Assembly (NCBI GenBank): GCA_046290465.1
Contig: JBKAGP010000001.1
Span: 2,336,001-2,400,000, forward strand
Length of the DNA stretch: 64,000 bases
Source of the DNA: Planctomycetota bacterium
GTDB taxonomy: Bacteria; Planctomycetota; UBA1135; UBA2386
Direction: 5' to 3'
The notes below the pieces were generated by a model. That model saw nothing but the letters and a program-made list of their open reading frames with translations. It made no database searches and was not told where the DNA came from. The position numbers and the translations under genes were made by a program. How positions within the stretch are numbered: position 1 is the first letter of the stretch; every line of letters begins with the position of its first letter. This document shows, one piece after another, positions 1 to 8,700 of the stretch.

Positions 1-284
1 ATCACCAGATACGGGATCCCGTCGACCTCGCCGCGGTCCTCGATCGACACCAGGTTCGGGTGGTCGATCTGCGCGAAGTACTTCACCTGCTCCAGCTCCG
101 ACAGCACCGCGCGCCGCACCTCGCCGTCGTCCACCTGCAGGAACTTGATCGCGTAGTCCTTGCCGATCGACATCCGCCGCGCCCGGAACACCAGCCCGAA
201 CATCCCGCCACCAAGCTTCGTCGTGATCTCGAAGCCCTCGATGTAGGAGGGCTTGCGGTAGTCGCGGTAGAAGGCCTCCCAGTC
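1..284. repeat. Dispersed direct repeat, copy 1 (partner 20939-21222)
   Basis: Base-by-base comparison shows one mismatch (G246 vs C21184); the repeat probably continues beyond the left edge. Confidence 0.95.
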
Positions 285-323
285 CGGGCGGGGAGCCTCA
301 GGAGTGGCGTCGGTGGGCTGCAT
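1..323 (-). CDS. Hanks-type Ser/Thr protein kinase, N-terminal part (runs off the left edge)
   Basis: Manual translation from ATG at 323: MQPTDATPEAPRPDWEAFYRDYRKPSYIEGFEITTKLGGGMFGLVFRARR...YAIKF...HPNLVSIEDRGEVDGIPYLV; Gly loop and AIK lysine; nt 1-284 match 20939-21222 of the complete kinase. Confidence 0.85.
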   Translation of the reverse strand, partial: MQPTDATPEAPRPDWEAFYRDYRKPSYIEGFEITTKLGGGMFGLVFRARRMSIGKDYAIKFLQVDDGEVRRAVLSELEQVKYFAQIDHPNLVSIEDRGEVDGIPYLV

Positions 324-432
324 GCGATCAGGATACTCGGAGCGGCGGGGACTCTCCCGGATGACGGCGCGGCTGCGCTAGGACAGGCCGACTATTCCGA
401 CAACCGGGCAATCTGCGTAGGTTCTTTCGCTC

Positions 433-2211
433 GTGACGACCGACACCCAGACCTGCTCCCACTTCGGCAAGTGCGGGGGCTGCAGCATGCTCGATGTGCC
501 CATCGCAGACCAGCTTGCGCAGAAGGCCCGCGCCGCGACCGAACTGCTGGCCGCGCATCTCGGCGACGTCGAGGTGGAGACGTCGCTGCCACCGCGGCCT
601 CCGCGCCACGACCGCACCGCGATCCTCTACCCCGTGCAGCCGAGGCGCCGCGGCGTCACGCTCGGCATCTACCGGCGCGGCAGCCACCAGGTGGAGCCGA
701 TCCGCGACTGCCGCATCCAGCACAAGGCGCTGACGCGGTTCGGATTGCTCGCCGGCGAGGTGCTGCGGCACCACGAGATCCCCGCCTACGACGAGCAGAC
801 CGGCGAGGGGGTCGTGCGCGCGATCCGCGCCCGGGTCATGCCCGGCAGCAACGAACTGCTGGTCGGGGCGGTCGCGACGACGTCGAAGTTCCAGAAGCGC
901 GACCAGCTGGTGCGCGACCTAGCCGACGCCGCCAGTGGCCTGCGCGACGACCAGGGTCGCCCCCTGCAGCTGGTCGGAGCCGTGCTCAACGTCAACGACC
1001 AGCCCGGCAACGCGCTGCTCGGGCCGCGCACGCTGGCGCTGCACGGCGACCCGTTCCAGACCGACCGGGTCGGCGCCCTGCGGGTGCGCGTCTCGTTCGA
1101 GAGCTTCTACCAGCTGCATCGACACGCCGAGGCGGTGCTGTTCCGGCCGGCGCTCGAGATGCTCGGCGATGTCGCGGGCCAGCGCGTCGTCGACGGCTAC
1201 GGCGGCGTCGGAACGTTCACCCTGCGGCTCTTGCGGGACGGCGCCGCGCACGTGACGCTGATCGAGAACGGGCCGAGTTCGTGCGCGGACGCGCGCGCCA
1301 ACCTGCAGGCCAACGGCTTCGACCACGGCGAGGTGCGCGAGCAGCCGTTCGGCAGCGCGCCGCTGCCCGACTGCGATGCGCTGGTCGTCGACCCGCCGCG
1401 CGCCGGCCTGATGGAAACCGGCGCCAGCGCCATCGCGGCGTGCCCGGCCCCGCGCGTCTTACTGGTCTCGTGCTCGATGACGTCGCTCGCCCGCGACCTC
1501 GAACACCTCGCCGCCACCCACCGCGTCACCCGCATGCGCCTCTGCGACCTCTTCCCCCACACCGACCACACCGAGATCCTCACCCTCCTCCACCGCCGCG
1601 CAGTACGCCGTGACGTCGCTGCATGGTTCATGCGCTCCGGAACTTGCGCGAGCGAAGCAGCGCGACTGTACGGCTACTTAGCGGTGGTTCTGGATCATCT
1701 TGCGGAAGCGGTCGAGCACGGTGTCGGCGAGTTCGCCGGAGTGGGCGACCCACTCGGCGTTCTGGAAGATGCGCGGGTGGGCGGCGGCGCGCATCTGCTC
1801 GAGGTAGGGCTCGACCTTGGCGTAGAGCAGCATGCCCTCGCCGGTGTTCTCGAGCAGGTAGTCGGTGTGCACGACGCCGTGCTTGGCCATGCCGAAGGCC
1901 ATCTCCCAATAGGTCGAGACCTGCCGGTAGGCGCGGTTGAGCGGGTGGTCCGGCGACAGGATCGCGACCGCCTCGTCGGCGTTCTTCGGCCAGTATTCGG
2001 CGTTGATCGCGTCGCGCGACTCGCGCATCACCGGCTCGCGACGCAGGTCGTAGAGCTTGAGGACGAGATCGGCGTCGTGATGATCCGGTGCGTGCTTGGA
2101 CATGCGCGCAGTGTGCGTCGTCACGGACGCAGGCGCAAACGCACGTCGCGGCGACCGACCTGCAGGCCCGTTTCCGAACGGCTGCCGCCACGGTCGATGA
2201 CGATCCGGTAG
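433..2211 (+). CDS. rlmD: RlmD/TrmA-family RNA uracil-5 methyltransferase without TRAM domain; recognisable homology ends near 1595 and the ORF reads on antisense to the next gene
   Basis: CSHFGKCGGC Fe-S motif, SFYQ, DGYGGVGTF SAM site, VVDPPRAG, VSC catalytic Cys, DLFPHTDHTE. Confidence 0.8.
   Translation: MTTDTQTCSHFGKCGGCSMLDVPIADQLAQKARAATELLAAHLGDVEVETSLPPRPPRHDRTAILYPVQPRRRGVTLGIYRRGSHQVEPIRDCRIQHKALTRFGLLAGEVLRHHEIPAYDEQTGEGVVRAIRARVMPGSNELLVGAVATTSKFQKRDQLVRDLADAASGLRDDQGRPLQLVGAVLNVNDQPGNALLGPRTLALHGDPFQTDRVGALRVRVSFESFYQLHRHAEAVLFRPALEMLGDVAGQRVVDGYGGVGTFTLRLLRDGAAHVTLIENGPSSCADARANLQANGFDHGEVREQPFGSAPLPDCDALVVDPPRAGLMETGASAIAACPAPRVLLVSCSMTSLARDLEHLAATHRVTRMRLCDLFPHTDHTEILTLLHRRAVRRDVAAWFMRSGTCASEAARLYGYLAVVLDHLAEAVEHGVGEFAGVGDPLGVLEDARVGGGAHLLEVGLDLGVEQHALAGVLEQVVGVHDAVLGHAEGHLPIGRDLPVGAVERVVRRQDRDRLVGVLRPVFGVDRVARLAHHRLATQVVELEDEIGVVMIRCVLGHARSVRRHGRRRKRTSRRPTCRPVSERLPPRSMTIR
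1678..2103 (-). CDS. Conserved-looking hypothetical protein (about 141 aa, possibly DUF4760-like)
   Basis: MSKHAPDHHDADLVLKLYDLRREPVMRESR...; globular composition and typical GC3-rich codons, unlike the antisense rlmD extension. Confidence 0.75.
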   Translation of the reverse strand: MSKHAPDHHDADLVLKLYDLRREPVMRESRDAINAEYWPKNADEAVAILSPDHPLNRAYRQVSTYWEMAFGMAKHGVVHTDYLLENTGEGMLLYAKVEPYLEQMRAAAHPRIFQNAEWVAHSGELADTVLDRFRKMIQNHR

Positions 2212-3596
2212 TCGCCGACCGGCAGGTGGCCGGCGAAGTGCGAGCAGCGCTCGCCGCGCGAATGCACCGGCACGTCGCCGGCGAACACCTCGATCGTGGC
2301 GCCGAACTGCTCCATGCCCGAGCGCGAACAGGCGCGCAGGTCGACGTGGGCGCGGGCCTCGACCTGCAGCGCCGCGACCGACTCCCGGTTCGGCAGCACC
2401 ACGACGCGCAGGTCCGGGACCGGGTCGAAGGCGAGGTATCGCCATGCGCCGTCGACGATCCGGTCCCGCGCGACGACCTGCGCCGGCCCCGGCGGCACGT
2501 CGAGGAAGCCGTATTCCCCGAAACGCGCCTTGCCCCAGGTCTGCCAGCGGTGCTGCCGGGCTTCGGCCTCGCCCCGGCCCGCCGGCACCATCAGGACCGG
2601 CGTGTTGTCGGCGTCCAGCCCGTGCATGCGATGGCGCGACTCGAACAGCAGCCGCACGCTGGCAACGCGGGAGACCGCGACGACGGCCGTCTGCACGCCG
2701 CTCTCGGCCAGCATGCGCACCCGCGTCGGCGGCTGACGCGCGACGTATCGCCCCCGCACCGTCAACTCGTAGTCCCCCGGCGGAACCAGCGGCAGCCAGG
2801 CCTTGCGGTCGACGTTGGCGCGGCGCTCGCGCGTATACGCGCCGTCGACCCGCCGCAGGAAGATGTCGACCTTGCCGACCGGCCCCTCGAGCTCGACCCG
2901 CAGGTCCTGGCAGCGCAGCGGCGCGGACCAGTCCTGCTGGCCGCAGCCAACCGGCAGCGGCACGACGTGGCTGCAGGCCGCGAGCTCCTGCAGGTTGCGC
3001 ACGAGATCGAAGCGCGCTTCACCGACCGGCATCACCGCGTGGTGCCGGCCGTCGGATGCCCGCGGCACCAGGCGCGCCTCGCCGCCGAGGCGCACCCGGA
3101 CGTGTGCGCTGCGCCGCCGGGACCAGTCGACGTCGAAGGTCCCGTGGGTCGCGACCATGTCGGCGGGCAAGCGCAGGTCGAGCTCGACCCCCTCGTCTTC
3201 TTCGAGTTCTAGCGACGTCCCGAAGTTCGTCGGCGGGATCGTCATCAGCGACAGCCGCCCGGCCGGGCAACCGGCGAACGCAAACCGGCCTTCCTCGTCC
3301 AGCTCGACCGCCTCGGCCCACGAGCTGGCCTCCGCGTAGAGCTGGAGCCTGCAGAACGGCACCGGGCGCCCGAGATGGTCGCACAGCTGCCCGCGCACGC
3401 CCGGCTCCGCGACCTTGCGGCGCTCGATCGGCAGGTCGAACTCGACGGGTGCCGCCGCGCCCTCGCGCGGCGCTTCGGCGCGCACCTCGGCCCGCTCGGG
3501 TGCGGGAACGGCGACGCGGTCCGCGTCGCGACCGGCGAACCACCAGCCTGCGACGGCGAGGCCGACGACCAGCAGCGCGAAGGCCGCGCGCCGCAC
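2121..3596 (-). CDS. Membrane-anchored protein with probable carboxypeptidase-regulatory-like beta-sandwich repeats
   Basis: GTG start, anchor AAFALLVVGLAVAGWWF, Pro/Ala linker, VRGQLCDHLGRPVP, DEEGRFAFAGCPAG, VPPGDYEL, LPVGDYRI. Confidence 0.65.
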   Translation of the reverse strand: MRRAAFALLVVGLAVAGWWFAGRDADRVAVPAPERAEVRAEAPREGAAAPVEFDLPIERRKVAEPGVRGQLCDHLGRPVPFCRLQLYAEASSWAEAVELDEEGRFAFAGCPAGRLSLMTIPPTNFGTSLELEEDEGVELDLRLPADMVATHGTFDVDWSRRRSAHVRVRLGGEARLVPRASDGRHHAVMPVGEARFDLVRNLQELAACSHVVPLPVGCGQQDWSAPLRCQDLRVELEGPVGKVDIFLRRVDGAYTRERRANVDRKAWLPLVPPGDYELTVRGRYVARQPPTRVRMLAESGVQTAVVAVSRVASVRLLFESRHRMHGLDADNTPVLMVPAGRGEAEARQHRWQTWGKARFGEYGFLDVPPGPAQVVARDRIVDGAWRYLAFDPVPDLRVVVLPNRESVAALQVEARAHVDLRACSRSGMEQFGATIEVFAGDVPVHSRGERCSHFAGHLPVGDYRIVIDRGGSRSETGLQVGRRDVRLRLRP

Positions 3597-3612
3597 CCCG
3601 CTGTCGCCGGCT

Positions 3613-4812
3613 CTACGCATCCTTGGGGGCGAGGTCGATCGCGCCGAACGACTCGGCGCCCGGCGACGACCACCGGAAGACGTGGCCGGAGTAGCCGGTG
3701 GCCTGGTTGAGCGCCTTCTTGGCGCGCAGGGCCTCGTACCAGACCTTGGTGTGTTCGCCGACCATGACGACCGTGCCACCGCCACCGCGGCCGCTCATGC
3801 GCGCACCGAGCACGGCGCCACCGTCGTCGCGACGCTTGCGCACCCAGTCCACCACCAGGTCGCACGCGTCGCTGCCGAGGCCCGCCGCCCGGTAGGCGTC
3901 GTGCGAGGCGAACAGCAGGTCACCGAGCTCGCGCCGCTGGGCCGGATGCGGCGGCTGGTCGAGCAGCTCCCGGAAGCGCGTGATGCGCTCGCCCTCGCCG
4001 TCGACGTCCTGCTCGGCGGCGGCCGGATCGGTCTGGCTGCCGGTCTCGAGCCCGACGAACTCCAGGTCGCTCGGCACCTGCAGCCGCTGTTCGAGGTCCG
4101 CAGCCGCACCGCGCAACATCAGCAGTTCTCCTCGTTCGGCGAGCACGCTCGTCATCGCGTCGGCCACACGGCCGTCGACGCCGAGAACTTCCCGTTCGAC
4201 CGATTGCGCCAGCCGCGCCACCTCGACCGGCGACAGCTCCACTTCGTACAGCATCGCAAACGCGCGCAGCGACGCGACCACGATCGCGCTCGACGACGCG
4301 ACCCCGCAGCGGCTGGGAACGTCGCTGTGGATCAGCAGTTCGGCGCCGTGCGTCGGCACCAGCCCGTGTTCGCGGGACAACACCAGCAGGGCGCCCAGCA
4401 GGTACGCCGCCCAACGATCGCGCGGGTCCGGCAGCAGAAACGCCTTGGCCTCCTCGTAGTCGATCGGCCCTTCCGGCGGCACCAGGTCGCCGAGCCGCAC
4501 CGACAGCATCTGGGTGCGCGAGCCGTCGCGACATGGCGACCACAGCCGGATCAACTCGTCGTCGCGCGCCTGGATCGCGGCGCAGGCGGCCTCGGAGGTC
4601 GCCAGCGACAGGGAGTGGGGCGAACGGCTGCCGCCGAGGCCGCCGAGCACGTCCAGGCGGCCGGGTGCGCGGGCGATCCGGATCGGGCGGCCCTGCTGGA
4701 AGAACGCCGGCATCACCTCCTCGATGAGGCGGAACACCATCAGGACGCCGAGGCCCTCGGCCGGATCTTCGGACGGAGTGAAGTACTGCACGGGGGCGAG
4801 CATACGCACCAT
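3613..4812 (-). CDS. GHMP-family sugar kinase (galactokinase/arabinokinase-like, divergent)
   Basis: RAPGRLDVLGG, VPSRCGVASSSA ATP loop, GARMSGRGGGG C-terminal motif. Confidence 0.8.
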   Translation of the reverse strand: MVRMLAPVQYFTPSEDPAEGLGVLMVFRLIEEVMPAFFQQGRPIRIARAPGRLDVLGGLGGSRSPHSLSLATSEAACAAIQARDDELIRLWSPCRDGSRTQMLSVRLGDLVPPEGPIDYEEAKAFLLPDPRDRWAAYLLGALLVLSREHGLVPTHGAELLIHSDVPSRCGVASSSAIVVASLRAFAMLYEVELSPVEVARLAQSVEREVLGVDGRVADAMTSVLAERGELLMLRGAAADLEQRLQVPSDLEFVGLETGSQTDPAAAEQDVDGEGERITRFRELLDQPPHPAQRRELGDLLFASHDAYRAAGLGSDACDLVVDWVRKRRDDGGAVLGARMSGRGGGGTVVMVGEHTKVWYEALRAKKALNQATGYSGHVFRWSSPGAESFGAIDLAPKDA

Positions 4813-4897
4813 GGGGCGCGAGGCCGAAATCCTGGACTTCCCCCAGGGCGCACGTAGCCTCAGTGGCAGTCAAACCGGGCATCGCCCAGGACCCGCA

Positions 4898-5203
4898 ATG
4901 CACAACCGAATCCTCAAGACGGCCCTGCTCGCTTCGCTGCTCGGCCTGACCGCGTGCGGCAGCTCCGGCTACTCGCGCGTCGTCTCGATCAACCCGCCGG
5001 AAGCCAACCTCTACATCAACGGCGTCAAGGTCGGCAACGGCGACAAGCGCGAGCGCCAGTTCTCGTTCGAGCAGCAGAAGCGCTACTACATCCAGGCCGT
5101 GCACCCGGACTTCATCCCGAAGCTCGAGATCGTCGACGAGAAGATGATCCGGGGCCTGGTGAAGAACAACCTGCCGCTCAAGATGACGATGAAGGCCCGC
5201 TGA
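4898..5203 (+). CDS. Small lipoprotein with PEGA-like domain
   Basis: MHNRILKTALLASLLGLTAC lipobox; SINPPEANLYING. Confidence 0.75.
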   Translation: MHNRILKTALLASLLGLTACGSSGYSRVVSINPPEANLYINGVKVGNGDKRERQFSFEQQKRYYIQAVHPDFIPKLEIVDEKMIRGLVKNNLPLKMTMKAR

Positions 5204-5592
5204 TGAACACGCTCACCAAGACCCTGTCCGCGTTCGCCGCCTGCGCCGTCATGACCGCCTGCGGCAGCGTGCCGAAGAAGACGTTCGTGTTCGACGCGAT
5301 CACGCTCGAAGAGCGCGCCCACCCGTGCCTGATCGTCATCGACGACGAGTGGGACAAGGCGGCCGAGAACAACCAGGTCGTCAACATGAACGGCGACGAC
5401 GAACTGAAGGTGACCGTCGAGTTCCGCGCGTCGGAGATCGAGGTCACGGTCGCGCCGCTCGCGCCCGGCAGCAACGTGATGCCGCGCTCGCGCTCGGAGG
5501 CGATCCAGATGTCGCAGTTCATGGACGACATGCCGCGCCGCCTGCGCATGGACGATCCGGCGAAGCACCTGTTCGTGCTGCAGCCGAAGTAG
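5203..5592 (+). CDS. Small lipoprotein of unknown function
   Basis: MNTLTKTLSAFAACAVMTAC lipobox; TGATG coupling to the upstream gene. Confidence 0.7.
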   Translation: MNTLTKTLSAFAACAVMTACGSVPKKTFVFDAITLEERAHPCLIVIDDEWDKAAENNQVVNMNGDDELKVTVEFRASEIEVTVAPLAPGSNVMPRSRSEAIQMSQFMDDMPRRLRMDDPAKHLFVLQPK

Positions 5593-5597
5593 CGCCC

Positions 5598-5636
5598 GGT
5601 TGCTGGCACCTGGTTGCTGGCACCTGGTTGCTGGCA
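5598..5636. repeat. 14-bp tandem repeat GGTTGCTGGCACCT, about 2.8 copies
   Basis: Read directly from the sequence. Confidence 0.9.
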
Positions 5637-5649
5637 ACGGGGCCGCCCC

Positions 5650-5748
5650 GACCACCTCGGCGTACCGGCCACCTCGGCGTAAGGGCCACGTCGGCGAACC
5701 GGCCACCTCGGCGAACCGACTACCTCGGCAAACCGACTACTTCGGCCA
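5650..5748. repeat. 17-bp degenerate tandem repeat (GGCCACCTCGGCGAACC consensus), about 6 copies, overlapping the kinase stop codon
   Basis: Units start at 5650, 5667, 5684, 5701, 5718 and 5735. Confidence 0.9.
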
Positions 5749-8700
5749 TGGCAACTGCGTGTAGTCCTTCGGCCGAAGGATCGCGCGGAAGCCGACACCG
5801 CTGCGTCGATCGTTGACGTTGAGTTCCTCGAACTCGTCGCCGGCATAGTACTTCTTGGCGGTCGCGCCGCGCCCCTTGAAGCAGCTGCCGCCGGCCGCCG
5901 CGCCGCGGCCACCCTCGGCGCCCGCCAGCCACTCGGCGACGTTGCCGCTCAGGTGGCGCAGCTCGCTCGACCGCCACGACAAGCCGCCGTCGTTCACCTT
6001 GACCAGCTGACGGCTCATGATGTTGCGGGCCTCGCGGTCGTCGCGCCACTCGCCGTCCCACGAGTATGGCTTGGCCTTGCCCGGACCGCGCGCGGCCAGC
6101 AGCCACTCGGCACCGGTAGGCAGCGACTTGCCATACCAACGGCAGAACGCGTGCGCCTCGTTCCAGCGCACCTTGTGCACCGGCAGCATGTCGTCGCCGA
6201 TCGCCGACCAGCGCAACAGCTCGCCGAACTGGCTCGCGCTCATCTGCACGCCGGCCAGCCGCGCCTGCACGCGCGCCAGCCGGGTGGCGTCGTCGCCGTC
6301 CCCGGCCATCGCCTTCAGCTCGGTCACGAACTTGCGGAACTGCTGCAGCGTCGTCTCGGTACCGGCCATGAAGAACGCATCGACGCCGTCCGCAGCGGCG
6401 ATCACGGTCATGCCCTGTGCCGCGGTCTCGAGCTGCCGCAGGCCGGTCTGCCAGCGCTGGATCTGCAGCCCGACGACCGGCGGCATCGCGGTGGTCGTGG
6501 CCAGCACGCCGGCCGCCTGGTTGAGCTGCTGCCGGGCAGCCCGGACGTCGAGGCTGCTGCCGAGCACCTCGAACGCCGCGCGGCACGCGTCGACGATCGT
6601 CTTCAGCTGGCCGAACTCGGTGCGCCCCTCGGTGCCGGCGCTCTGCGCGATGCCGAGCGCGTCGTCGCACGACGTCAGGTTGCCGGTGCCAAAGCTCTGC
6701 GCCGCTGCGGCGAGCGCCTTCTCGGCGCGGCGCCACTTCTCGCAGCCGGTCTCGATGCGGCGCAGCCGCGCGTCGAGGTCCCCGGGATCGGCCATCGCAC
6801 CGAGCCGCGTGCGCAGCGCCTCGGTCTCCTTGTCGAGGCCGGCGCGCTTCTCGTTCCAGTCGCGCAGGTTGCTGACGTCCTGCAGCCGGTCGTTGATCTC
6901 GCTGATGCCCTTCTCGAGCTCGGCGCGCAGGATCCGCGTCTCGGCCGCCACCAGCGACTTGTCGAGGTCGAGCATCGACACCGCCTGCTGCAGCGCCTGT
7001 TCGGTCTGCTCGCCGGGGAACAGCACCTTGGCCTGCGTCAGCGACTGCACGATCGCGTCACGACCGCTCTTGAGTTCGCGCAGCGTCACGTCGCGCCCGG
7101 CCAGCACCTGCCAGTCGTCGTACTGCTGCCGACACGCCTGCACGACCTGATCCCGCAGCCGCTGCTCGCGGCGCTGCTGCTGCTTGAGCCGCGCGGCCCA
7201 CTCCGGCAGGCCGCCGTCGGTGCTGCCAGCGAGCGGCTCGAGCGCGAGGTCGATCTGCGCGAAGAAGCCGGCCACGTCGTCGAACGGCGGCCGCGGCGAG
7301 GTCGGGAAGGTCAGCTTCTGGATCTTGTCCTCGATCTGCAGCGCCTGGTCCATCTCGAGCACCAGCGCCTTCTGGGCCTGCTCGTCCTCGACCTTGGTCG
7401 GCACGATCGCGTCGACCTGGTCCCGCAGCGTCTTCAGCGGCCCCTTCTCGAGGTAGTCGGCGCGAATCTTCGCCAACCGCGCCCCGGCGTCCGGATCCCC
7501 CATCGGGCCGGCCGCCTCGGCCAGCGCCTCCTCGAGGCGGTCCAGCTCGAACCGCGACGGCAGGCTGCGCCCGAGCAGGTCGGCCTGGCCCGGCAGCAGC
7601 TCTCCGAGTCGCACGCCGCCGGCGCCGATAAGGGCCAGCGAAGTGCCGAGCGCCGCGATGCGCTCCTTGTCGCCGTTGGCCTGTTCGCGATCCTCTTTCC
7701 ACGAGTTGAGCGAAGCGTTGACCGCCGCGATCGCGGCCGCGCCGTAGGCGTCGCGCAGCCTCGCCGCCTGGCTGCTGCGCCATTCGCGCACCTCGGGGCC
7801 GGCGGCCTCCGGCAGTTCGACGGCCGCTTCGAGTTCGGCCAGCCGCTGCGCGAGGTCGTCGAACGGCAGCTGCAGCTCGGCCTGCTGCGCATCCTCGATG
7901 CTCGGCAGGCGCTGCGCGACCGCTTCGGCCGCCGCGATGTCGGCGTGCAGCTGCTCGACCTCCGGGACCATCGCCTCGGGCACCGTGATCGCCGCCAGGT
8001 CTTCCTTCAGCGCGGCGTCCGCCGGACCTGCCCGGCGCAGGCGATCGCGGATGCCGTCGAGCTGCCGACGCGAACGTTCGCTGCCGCCACCGCCGGTCGG
8101 CGGCTCGTCGACCTTGACGACCGGCACCTGCTTCTGCTGCTGCTGCTGCGACCACCACCAGTAGCCGCCGCCGCCGCCGCCGAGCAGCAGCACGACGACG
8201 ATCGCGACCAGCAGGCCCGAGCCCTTGTTGCCGTCGTCGCCGGCGGCGCGCGCATCGCGTGCATCGCGACGATCGGCCTCGGCGTTGGCCTTCTTGATGC
8301 GCTTGACCTTGGTGCGGATCGTCTCCCCGGCCTCGACCAGCACCAGGTCGTTGAGCAGCTCTTCGTAGCTCTCGTAGCGATCGTCGCGATCGTTGGCCGT
8401 CATGCGCTCGATGACGCGCGACAGCGGATGGTTCTCGTCGAGCTCGGGCAGCGCCTTCCACAGGCACAGGTTCTCGAGCTTGGTCTTGGTCTGGATCAGC
8501 TCGTAGACCGAACTGGCGCGGATCGGCGGCTCGCCCGTCAACAGGTAGAAGAACGTCGCGCCCAGCGAGTACATGTCGCTGCGGAAGTCGACGTCGGCGC
8601 CGCCCTGGCACTGCTCGGGCGACATGTAGAGCGGCGTGCCGATCAGCTCGGACGTCAACGTCATGTTGAACTCGTCCTCGACCGGCTTGGCGATGCCGAA

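Noticed and set aside
5650..5748. Possible CRISPR array (also considered at 33757-33842 and 53499-53657)
   Set aside because: Units are contiguous tandem copies with no unique spacers, and there are no cas genes in the window
5737..6400. FGE-sulfatase C-terminus as a diversity-generating retroelement target, with the 284-bp repeat as a TR/VR pair
   Set aside because: No reverse transcriptase and no second copy of the FGE end; the 284-bp repeat differs by one G/C change, not adenine-specific changes
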